The translations under genes were made by a program, and so were the position numbers. DNA of 60,028 bases, the filler included, from Streblomastix strix (lineage: Eukaryota): the NCBI GenBank assembly GCA_008636045.1. It is 3 parts of 3 records of this genome, joined end to end, with 100 filler letters (N's around TTAATTAATTAA, not from the genome) between each part and the next. Parts side by side here need not be neighbours in the genome. Positions count along the whole stretch, not along the records: positions 1 to 19,960 come from SNRW01000471.1; 2 more parts are not named here. One strand, given 5' to 3'. The notes below the pieces were generated by a model, which was given only the letters and a program-made list of their open reading frames with translations, did not search any database and was not told the DNA's origin. This document shows, piece after piece, positions 1-11,740 of the stretch. How positions within the stretch are numbered: the stretch's first letter is position 1; every line of letters begins with the position of its first letter.

Positions 1-3000
1 TCTTTCTTCATCTCCTTCTTTAAGACTATCTAATCATTATTATCCAATCTATTGTTCAATTCAAAATCATCTATATATAAAGGTCTGAAAATAAAAGGCT
101 GTCCAGGGAAGAAAAGAGTTGCATTGGCTTCATCATACATCATTCTTTAGTCTGCCTCTCTTCTAATTTTCTTCTTCGCTTCTTAATTTTATTGTAAAGT
201 TTCTAAGTAAATCTGTTTTGAAGGAAATTTTTTCCATCTTTTACGTTTTCCTAAATGCTATGTTTATTTTGGAGGTTGTCTTCTCTTTTGCTGGTTTTAT
301 GATTTATGACTACTATGATCTGATGAATGTCTTTGTTTATCTTCATTCTTATTCAGTTTATTTATGCCTTTTTCAACCTTACCCTCATACTGATTTGATT
401 TACTTGTTTTCTAATTCTGGTTTTATTATTATTTCTTTTACTCATCTTTCTTCATAGCTTTCTCTAAATATACTCCTTCATTGCTATTATTATTTTATTA
501 CGCGATTATTTCTTCGTCACTTGATACTAGGTCAATGAAATCTATAACACCTTATTTTTTTTATGGTTAAATTTATGGAAGATAAATTGGATTTCTTGCC
601 CAAGTGTTTAGATTAATCTCCATTTCTTTGATCATCCTTTTTCCTTTTACCTATTTAATTGGTTTTAATATTATTTAATTAATAGTTTTATCTTTATTGT
701 TGTTTAATTCTTTTTCTTTTTCATTATTATTCTCTTTTTATTGTTCTTTTACTTCCGCTTTTGGTTTTTCTTATTCTTTTCCCTTTTCTTTCGTTATTCC
801 GAAATTGTTACCACTACTAAAATTATAACTTTAATTTAAATTATCATTGTTATTGCAGTTTCCATGTTTCCTTTTATGCATTACTTCTTACATTGCATCA
901 TCAGGATTCATTTTGAAGCTATCAGCATAAGCAATCTTACTATAATCCTAAGCAGCGAATAATAATAGTTTTGGGTTATATCTCCCTAATTCGTATTTTA
1001 ATTAATGAATTGCTTGCTATTCGGGTGTTAACTAAATGGCTGTAAAATTTGGTTGTGGTCTTATTATTCGATTTAATCGGTCATTGTTCTAATTATTAAT
1101 ATTATTGCCGTTGTATATGTAATTGTTGATATGAACTTTATTGTTGTAATTTTTAAGTTTATTTGTTTCTTATATCAAACTTTTCTAGTGAGTTGAAGAT
1201 GATGACGACGATCGCTATTTTTATTTTCCAACATTTTATTTTGTTTTCTCATCTTTTTCAGTTGATTATTCTTCATCTTTTAAGCTTTTATTATTATCTT
1301 TACTATTACTTACATCTTCATCTCTTCTAAACCTCTTAAGTAGTGGTGGTCTACCTCTTTTCTTAACAACAACTTCAGTCTTTTCTTCTTTCTCTGATTT
1401 TTCTTCTTTTTCTACACTTTTCTTCTTTGGTTATTTACTTTATTTGTGTTTATCCCTACTTTCATTACTCTATGCAGATGAATCCTTACTTTAATTTCTT
1501 GTATTATTAGATTCATTTGATTTACTTTCATCTTTCTTTCTTCTTCTTTTTCTTTTTCTTCCTCTTTTCTCTTTCTCTTCACTGGACTTATTTTATTTTG
1601 ATGAATGTGATCTAGAAGATGAATATGATCTATACTTCTTCTCACTTCTATTTGAATCATCATCAGGACTATTTCTTTTTCTCTTCTTCTTCATAGTAAA
1701 TTCAAAACTGTTTTCTTCTTCTTTATCATTATCATTACTATTATTTTACTTTTACTTTTACTTTTATTTATTTATTCCTGGTGAAGTGGATTTAGATTGT
1801 TTTGAGTTTGATTCTTTAATTTTCTTTTTCTTATTGTCTTTATCATTATCTTCATCCTTATCCATTTATAATTTGAGTCCTTATTTTGATTTATTTCCTT
1901 TTTTATTTGAAGCATTCTTGGAATTTGCATTGTTACCTTTCTCTTATTTCTGATGTGATTTTTTTGGAGCTTATGAAGTGGATTTTGATTTTGAATCTGA
2001 ATGTGATTTTGAAGATTAAGATTTTGATTTTTGTGATTGAGATCTTGAATTTGATCTTGAATTTGATCTTGAACGTGAAGATGCATTTAATGAATTGTTA
2101 GATTTGCCTGTTGAAGTGATCTTCTTTTTTTATTTTGTTTATTTTTCATCACTTGATTTATCATTATCATTTATTTATGATGTTTTAGATGGTGTTAATG
2201 CCTAATTATTAGTTTGTTGAGTCGGAGAATTTGAAGGAGATCTGCTTTTAGTTTTCGATCTCTAGAATAATATCGGGCTGTAATGTTAAGGTGGTCTAGA
2301 TTATGGTGACTTAGACTAAGATCGTAATGATCTCTAAGGAGGAATAGTTGGAGTTAATTATTGAGAAGATTAAGATGATGAAGATTGTTGAATAGTTACT
2401 TATTATTATTGTGGTTATTATTATTGTGGTTATTATTGTTGCGGTTATTATTATTATTGAAACATGTTTAATGTGTTTAAAATTTCATTCGAAGGTGGAG
2501 GAGGTGGATCTAATTGTGCATTTACTTTATAATTTGATTAATTTGGATATAATGATGAGAATGATGATTGTGGTTATGAAAATAATATTGAAGGTTAATT
2601 ATTTAATATCTTTGATAAATTATATTGTAAAATGCTATTTTTAACAGCTGACATTGAATTGAATTGTTATGATTATATCTGTGATTGTGATTATTAATAT
2701 TATTATGAAGATGAAGTGTTCTATTGTATTTATTAATAATGTAATGGTGATGTTTGTGAAGTGAAAAATGATAATGGATGTGAATATTATTATTATTATT
2801 GTTATGACGATGATTATTATATCTGTTAAGATGAAGTGGTATTATTTGGCAGAATAATAGACTGTTTATGTGAAGATACTGGTGATGGTGTGTGGGATTA
2901 ATGTTTAATTTACTATTAATACTATTCATAACCAATTTGTAATTATTTTGAAATAATTGCATTTTACTATTAATTATTATTTAATAAGTGATTAATACTC

Positions 3001-4820
3001 TACTTATTATAATGAACATGTTACGGTGATATCTATCTTTTTGGTGGGCTGGGTGTATGAGCATTGTGATTATTAATAGTCAAAGGCTGAAAGAAAGATT
3101 GGAATTGATCAGTCTGATTCAAAGGAGGGTTAAGTGGAGATAAGAAAGTAGATTAAGATGGAGAATGTTAGTGAGATTGACTTGATAGGAATGGAGATGG
3201 AGTAAGAAATTGAGATTGAGGTGTTTCATATGGAGACATTTAATGGGGAGGGGAAGTACGAAATGAAGGTTGAGATGATGATGAAGATGATGATGAATTC
3301 TAATTCGAAGGTACTAATGCTTCTAAAGGAAATAAAGAATTTTAAGGTGAATTGGATTTCTCTCTCTTAATTTCTGTAAAAACACTTAAAGTTCTTTTCA
3401 AGTTTCCATTTTATGTTTTATTTTAAATATTCTTATCTTATACATTTGTTTATTTTGGATCTTTCTACATCTTCTTTTCTTCTTTTTCATCATTTGGTTT
3501 GATTTCTTTCATATTTTTCAATTAAATATCTGAATTATTTTCACTGCCTTTCTACTAGTTTTAATCAGCATTCTCATCTGAATAATCATCTCTAATAACA
3601 GTTCGCTTAATTTTCTTCTTTTTTCTTTTCTATTCTTCTTCATTATCCTCGTTTTATTTGGGTATATCCTTATTATTGAGTTAATTATTTGAAATGTTGG
3701 AATTATCAATATAATCTATATTATTAATATTACTGTTACTATTAATGTTATTGTTTCTATTAAATTAAAAGTTTATATGAAATGGTATTTATTAATTTGG
3801 GAATAATTGTGATTGTAAAGAATGTGAATTAAATGCTTCTAAATCCTCCGCAAAATCAAGTTAATTTAAAGATTCGGTTTTTATTTTATCTTCTTCAATA
3901 TTTTATTATATTATTTATTCTTTCTATGTTACCTTATTTGTTATATTATTATTATTTTGGTTAGTCTTGACTTATCTAAAATCTCTATCTTTGTCAATTT
4001 ATTTTATTCTAAACCTATTCAAAAACCATGCATCTATTTCGTGTATATTATGTCTTGCAAACCAGATATGTGAAGCATTGAGAATTGCAATAAATGAGGA
4101 TAAAGCTCCATTCATTGCTTTTCTTAAACTACTGATACTAATTTCATCTCCTTCTTTAAAATTCCTATTCGTATTTTAGTCGAAAAATATATTATATCTA
4201 TCATTATGAAGTAAAATATTATTCTAAAGTTGTTCTATCAAAGTAAACAGCATAACAAACAACTCGTTCTGCTCTGAAACGAGAGAAGATGACAGCAAAA
4301 CATTAGAAATTTATTTCTTGAAGAAATGAATATATTAATGGCCGGTTTAATCAGTATTATATTAAAGGGATTATTATTATCTTATGTTTTAAATAATCTT
4401 TTAATTAGAAGTATATCGTGGAATTAGTTATGGAGCTGGAGTGAAGAAAAAATAAAAAAAAAGTAAAACTAACAATTTTCGACTAAATATATAAATACCT
4501 TTAAAATTGATAAGAGGATGTTTAATAACAAGACTTAATGATTAAATCCTAAAACTGCCAGATTTATTTCCATCACGTCCAGATTTTTTTGTTCGAATTT
4601 TAAAAATTCCTCGTTCAGCATATCGGTATAACTGCTCTTTTCTAATTTCAGCCCATTTAATTCTCCATAATATTTTTATTAATTCACTCAGCAATTAACG
4701 TAATATGCTTGATCCATCCTGAGTTATAAGCGAATATTTTTGAAGAATTTGAGCCTTTTCTTGAGTTTCAGATACTATTTTATTGGTATTACTTTGAGAC
4801 AATAGGTCTTTGTTGTTCAT
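1..4820 (-). CDS. Large low-complexity (Q/S/K/N-rich) probable nuclear protein with AT-hook; 3' end lies outside the window
   Basis: With TAA/TAG=Gln the frame runs from ATG 4820 (MNNKDLLSQ...) through a GT-AG intron (4436-4498) to position 1, and I found no in-frame TGA. It contains KKRGRPP (~1345-1365), an RS-rich tract (~2040-2075) and QQQQP repeats (~2400-2460). The start is uncertain; an upstream exon is possible. Confidence 0.8.
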
Positions 4821-5791
4821 ATACTCATCTAATGAGCATAAAATAAAATAAAAAATATAATAAAAAAAGTAGCAAAAAATGAATTTATTTAATGATTTTG
4901 CTGATCCTCCAAATATAGAAAATTTTGTTAAAATATTAATGCAACGTTGACAGAAGCTTAAACACGAGTAATAAAACACAGAAATTTGGTTATATTATAG
5001 TATCTGATTGTTCAATTATTTAATTTTATTATAAAAAATTTAATCATTGTTTTCTCCGTGAAATAAAAATAAAACTAATAATTTTAATCATTTCAGTTGA
5101 AAAATGTTGTTATCATGAAATTTATATTTAAAAATGTCAGGGTTAAATTATCCAATTTCCGTGTATGAATATATTAATAGAATATTTGATTTTGTACGTT
5201 TCCTATCCAATAATAAGTTTTGCTTATATTAAAATTGTAATTAATATTTGTAATATAGATTGAAATTTAATGATAAAAGTATCATTGTTGTCTGTGTAAC
5301 AAAAACCAAACAGAAAACAAGGAATAATGGTGTTAAAAAGTGAGAAAAGAAGCAAGTATTTTGTTGACTGAAAATTACACAATTAATATATAATTATATA
5401 TTAAACATTATTCTGAAATATTTCATATTTAAAAGACTATTCTGTCTCATGAATAAGAAGTCATTTTTTTGATTTTTTCTTTTCTTAAAAACCAAGTCTT
5501 TTCTTATACTTTGTTTTAATTAAGCTTAATTTTATACATATGTTTAAATTTATATTATCAAATATGATTTAATATTGATTAAATATATAGCTTTTAAAAA
5601 AGATATTCTTATAAATAAAATAAAATATAAACCAGCTTGTTTTTCTCAATCGGGAAACAATTAAAAATAATAAAAAAATAAATTCTGTTTATTTTTTATT
5701 CATTAAATAGTTTAAATTAAAAAAGGAATTATATCAGCTTATATTTCTGATTCAGATAATATATTTTTTAACTTTTTTTAGATATTTAAAG

Positions 5792-8700
5792 ATGTCATTT
5801 GTCATTTCATAACTTAATGATTTTATATACATTGGTGGCGTTGAGGCAGCTTCATGTCAATAATTTGTATTAATGAATAAGATCACTCATATTATCAACT
5901 GCTCAGGCGCATGCAATAACCATTTTGCCCTTGATGGTGTGAAATACCTAACTTATTTCTTGAAGGACAATGATTGCAGCACATTCTTTGATAACTGGTC
6001 AACTAACACAAGGAGTCTCTTTACATTTATTGAACAAGCCCAAGAGAATTGCAGCTGAGTACTAATTCATTCAATTCACGGATTTTCAAAAGCATTATTA
6101 TTAGCTGCAGTTTATTTAATGATAAAATTTCATTGGAATGCAGAAGAAGCAATTTCAGTTGTACAATCTTGCCGTAGATCAAGAATATGTCCATGTTTTG
6201 AAGAACAGCTTCGTTTATTTGAGTCTTAATTACCTCCTCTTATTCTAACTCCATCATTAGTAATCGAGGAGATAACTTTGAGGAATACTTATTTTAATAA
6301 AGAATTGCGTCTTTAATTATCTCCTATTGCACCATTATCAAAGACATTAGTTAATATATGATTAAAAACAACAGATATAAACGAAGATCTAAAATTGAAA
6401 TCATAAAAGCAATTAATTAGATAAATAACAAAGGATGGCATCCTCAAACATTCTCTAAATAATAAAGTTTTCAAACCAATTAAAGATCAAAAATAATTAG
6501 AAAAATAGATGATGATTCTTTATAAATCACTCATATAAGCACAACCTGCATATTTGAAAGTTTCAAGAAATTCATTGGTATCATCAAAAATATAAGAATC
6601 TTGCAGATAAACATAAAATATGATAATTGATAATTCGGTTGAATAATCTGAATTTTAATGGTTTAATTCTTTACATCGTAAAAATGATTTAAAAGATAAA
6701 TTAGGGGCCAAATTAACATAAAGTTCTTCTTTACCGCATTTTGACAAATTGGACGAACCAATAAATTCAATAAATAGCAGAATCAATGTTAATTCATGTG
6801 CAATAGCATCACATGCACCTGGACTTGGTTTGCCTCAAAGAGCACCATCAATATCATATACAATGACTGATGTGTATTAATCGTGTTAAACACTGGATGA
6901 AGTTGAATGCATTTGTTTTCTATATTAAGCAACATTATGCAATTCAACTCTGTTTGATCAATCAAAAAAGTAGAATACTGAGAATAATGAAGATTTAAAT
7001 ACATTTGAAGATTTGGATGATGATGATGATGATAGTAATAATAAAAATGCTTTATTATAATCTAAAGAAGACAATAATCTTCAGTAAGTAGAAGTTTAAC
7101 CTATAAACAATCCTATCAACTAATTATAATTACAATAACAATCTCCTAAAAATTAAAAGCATGGATTGCAATTAGATAATAATTAAGCACGAAAATCATC
7201 ATTATAATTGCCTCAAAAACTTCCTTTTCGCAAATAAAATAGCAATGGTACATTAACAATTCATTTTTCACAATTGCAATCTCACTTAATAGCTGAGATT
7301 TAATCATCATCATCATTAGGCATAAATTCATCAAAATCTAAGTAATTAAATGAGAAAGATTTAAACACGATAAGATAAATCAAACTTATTAATCAAAAAG
7401 CAGAAAGAATCTTCAACAAACTGAAGCATCAAAGAGAAATATAAAATGAACAAGGGCTTAATATTTAAATTTTCACTGAATCATAATATGAATCATCATC
7501 ATTATAGCCTTAATTATAATAATAATCTTTGTCTTCTTAGGAGTCTGAATCATCATAATCATTATAATCATAATTGTCATAGTTAGCTTAGTCACCTTAA
7601 CAATCATCTTATTTATAACCTTCTTAATAATTTTAATCAACTGAGATAGATATTTCTAAGGATAATTTAAATGAACTTAATTTACATATATAATCACCTT
7701 AAAAATTTCTCAATGTTGAATAATCATAAATGCAAAGTTTTCCAATTAATATTGAATCTGTTTCATTAAACTCAAGTCATAAAAAATTATTAAGTTCCTT
7801 ATCTCCATAATAAACTCTTTTGTAAAAATCAAAACTATCACAATAAGCAAATGAATTAGATTTTCCACCAAAACCTTTTCCACTACCTAAATCTGTTTCA
7901 TTGATTGATATTTATTAAGATAATTCATTAGACCTTATGAAACCTCGAGCAAAACGTCCAAATTACTCAATAGATGAATAAAATTAACCAGATAAATCCA
8001 TTGATTATAATAATGATTTTAAATTAAATGAAAGATATGATATTACTAACAATCCTCTTTTCTAAATTTGCAATAAAAGTTTACAATCTTCTAATATTAC
8101 CCATTCTAAAGGATCTTATTTTACTATGTAACCAAAAGTCACTTTCATCACTTCTTCTTAAAATAAAATTATTTCTTCGCCCAATTCTCAATTTTCTAAA
8201 TAAAATAGTAAGCATAATTAACCGCCTTCTGGAATAGAGAATAACTTATAAAATGATTTTGAAAACAAATTGAACAATTAAAATGAAGCTAAGTCACCAG
8301 ATTCTAAGGATTCTTCAAATGATTCTTGGGAAACCGGAACATTATAACTGGATGAAAGTAGTGACAATGAAGATAAATAAAATATTTTAAATGAAGATAC
8401 AGATAATTCAATAAGTGATTCTTAGAAATAAATAAACATAAAAGAGTAGGAAACAGGTTATTTACCATCTTCACTAATTAAATTATCTTCTTAATCATTA
8501 GTTGATCTTTCTTTATCTCAAAACGCATATCAAACATCAAATTAAACTCAATCTTCAATTTCACAGAAATTCTCTTAATCTTGTCCAGATATTAATCCAA
8601 TAATCAAAATATACTAATCTTTAAATAAGTCACAGATAAAAACCTAAAATGAAACACTTCCTGATAATCCATCAGCTTTAATTTCAGAATAAATTAATGA

Positions 8701-9365
8701 TTAATCTTCTTCTTCTTCTTCATAATTTAAAGACTAAAATTAATCCATTATTTCAAATCATAAATAACTTGAAACATTAACTCAATAATCACCAAAGATT
8801 AACCCTTATAATAAATCTAAATTATAATTATTAACATCGTTTAATGTATTTAATAGTTTAAAACAGAATAATTCATAAGTTCTTTTACATCAAAAAAGAT
8901 CAATTTCATAATTAAAAACATAATTTTCTAATAACAACTTATAATAAATGAAATTCATTAAAAATTCATTTTAAGAATAAAAATCACCAAATTAATAAAA
9001 TTCTATTCAATTTAAAAAGTCAGCATCATAATCATCTATAATTCCCTCTCAACATTAATAATAATATTAAACCAAATAAAATGATACATAAACGCAGTTG
9101 TCAAATCCTTAAAGGACATTTCTTCTACCCAAATCAATTTCTTCTCAATTTATTTCAAAATCAAAAAAAATTCTTTCAAGTAGAGAGAATGTTTGTTAAT
9201 TTATTTACATATTATTTGTTATTAATTTATTCTATAATTATATTTATATTTTTAATTATTATATTTATTTAGAATTCTGATTTTGGAATGAAAAGTTCAT
9301 TACTAACTCAAAAATCAGAGAGTTCTCCATAATAAAATTTGAAACTTCCAATTAAGAAAAAATGA
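5792..9365 (+). CDS. Dual-specificity phosphatase-like protein (predicted pseudophosphatase) with long S/Q-rich tail; in-frame TGA at 6056-6058 and 6359-6361
   Basis: MSFVISQLNDFIYIGGVEAA...NKITHIINCS...FTFIEQAQENCS[TGA]VLIHSIHGFSKALLLAAVYLM...WNAEEAISVVQSCR...CPCFEEQLRLFE matches the DSPc fold. The frame then stays open to an intron (9191-9272) and a terminal TGA at 9363-9365. Confidence 0.8.
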
Positions 9366-9637
9366 TATTGAAATAGAAATATATAATTTTTTTTTAATTT
9401 TTTTCAATTACTATCATTAAATTATGTATTTGGGTTCTTAACATAACTAGTGGCTTATTTATTGGAATTGATCTACTTGAAAGAAGATTTTTTAATTTAT
9501 AGAAAATAATTTATGGACTGAATACAATTTCCACAATATAAGAATAATTAAGAGATAGTAAATTTCCACTATTTTTAACACTTATTTTATATACTTTAAT
9601 ATATTAAATTTTTCATTATTCATAGATAACATATCAA

Positions 9638-9698
9638 AACTTTTTTATTTTATCTTCAAACCTCTTTTATTTTATCTTCAAACCTTTTTTATTTTATC
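9638..9698. repeat. ~3 copies of a ~21-22 bp tandem repeat (aaacttttttattttatcttc) in a convergent intergenic region
   Basis: Visible directly in the sequence. Confidence 0.7.
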
Positions 9699-9859
9699 TA
9701 AAGACCATTAGTATATATTTTACCATTTTTTGAAAAATATGAGAGCTTAAACATGTAATTATATTTATTTTATTTTAAGCAACTTTCATAATTTGATAAT
9801 AGCATACGTTTTAACTTATTATCTTAATAAATATAAACTCCTAAATGATTCCATTTTAT

Positions 9860-11392
9860 TCAATACCATCTCTCATTTGAAATATCTTTGCTGACATTTA
9901 TCAAATGAGATTTTATTTTGAAGGCTTCTGTTTTTAAATTGTTTTTTCCCATCTTTTTTTGATGAAATTGAAAAGCTTCCACTTCTTCTGCCCCTCCTTC
10001 CTATTCAATTTGGTCTTAAACTTCTTAGATAAACATGGATTATGGTTAGAATTTCTATTCTTCTTCTCGTATTGAGGTAATGCAAAAGTTTATGTTACTT
10101 AATATTATTAATATGATATGGCTGTTTTCAGTATAATTGCCACCTCCTGTGCTCATTCCAACAATTAATGATGATATTAATTTCCATTTCATTATTAATT
10201 GGTTGGATACACTTTAATTGCAATATTTAAGTGGGTTACTAAGGCATTTGTTGCTCCAAGTTCTAATTTTAATTTCTTCTCTATTTCCTTTTCGATCTTT
10301 CATTCCATATTATGATAATGAAATTAGAGCAGACATCAGCTCTGGAGAAGAAAATGCCATATCAAGAAGTCTACCTACCAAAAAGTGATTGCTCATTAGA
10401 TGTAATGAACCAGATATAATTGATGCTATTGGAGTTGAGAAAATTTAGCCGTATTGAGTCAAACGCCTAGATTATAATGAGATAATTAGTGAAGTGGTAT
10501 GATTTAATGTAAAATAATTATTTTAAAAGAATTATTCATCATAACTAATATGTCCTAAATTTGCCAATAATTCAATAGCAATAGCGTGAAGTTCTTGAGT
10601 ACTTTTTGTATGGGGAAGGAATAGAGAATAAAGGCAATTTAGATCTTGAGAACAATTGATGTGAAAAAGTTTAATAATATCTAAATGTAATTTGAATTTG
10701 ATTTGAATTTCTTAGTTATTACAAATTTAAATTGCGAGTCCATTGAATGTATCTAACACTTTCACTTTATCTTATAATATTTCATCGATTTCTTTGCTTA
10801 TTATGTCCAGTCTTTATAAGTTTCCTTATTCTTTCCATTTTTGTTGATTATCTTGAAGATATGCGATCAGATTTGTAATATGTGTTTTATAGAATAATCC
10901 ACATAAGTTAAGACTATTATCATCAAGCCATTCATTTTATTTCATATTTGAAACGGTCAAAATGAGCTAAGTGAGGAGATCGGAAAAAGAATTTGTTTAT
11001 TTTATTTACTCTCTTTCTTCCTCATATATTTCAAACATGATTTTTTGTACAACATCAAATAGGCCAGAATACTCAAAAAAATAGTTTAAATTATTAATTT
11101 CCCAAGAAAATGTAGATTTTTATCCTAATTCGGCTATAATTCCTACACTATGTAAAAGTTCTTTAGATTCAGATGTTTATGTATTTCCAACTAATTGAGC
11201 AAATTATGTGCAAAATTATTCAGAGATCGTTTATTCAGTATTTTTTTCATTAAGTGCACCAGCATAGATAATGAACTCTTTCGCCTTTTCAGTCTTTACT
11301 TCTTCAGACTGAGAACTAGATATTGCATGAAGAAGTGAAAGAAGTAAAAATGACAAATCTTGTGGTGTATGAACAGGGAGTTCAGTTTGCAT
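9860..11392 (-). CDS. Intronless 510-aa ARM/HEAT-like hypothetical protein of a lineage-expanded family
   Basis: ATG at 11392 (MQTELPVHTPQDLSFLLL...) to TGA at 9860-9862, 511 codons with TAR=Gln. C-terminal motifs VGMSTGGGN and DQIEQEGGAEEVEA recall an abundant oxymonad hypothetical family (from memory, not searched). Confidence 0.75.
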
Positions 11393-11740
11393 GAGTTGAG
11401 TTTATCTAAAATTTATATAAAAATATTTATTTTGAAAAATTGCGTCAATGTAAGAAAATTAAGAAATATTGTGATTTAATTTTTCCTAATTATTATTGAA
11501 TTAATATAATTAATCTATTAAATTCTATTTTAAAGTTGAAATATATCTTTGAAAGAGCGTTGATTGCATTTTAGTGAGAATACAAAGTATTTTTTTTTTT
11601 TTTCTCCTAATGTATAATAATAATACATATATTTCAGAAAAAATGGATTCGTGTCATAATATTGCATTAATTAAATTTATTAATTAAATTAATTTATTTA
11701 CTTATCCGCCTCAGCTCCAAAAATAAAGTATGTTAATTTT

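Noticed and set aside
9366..9860. SECIS element for the DSP gene
   Set aside because: No convincing AUGA/AA/GA stem-loop is identifiable by eye in this AT-rich UTR; it needs a covariance-model search.
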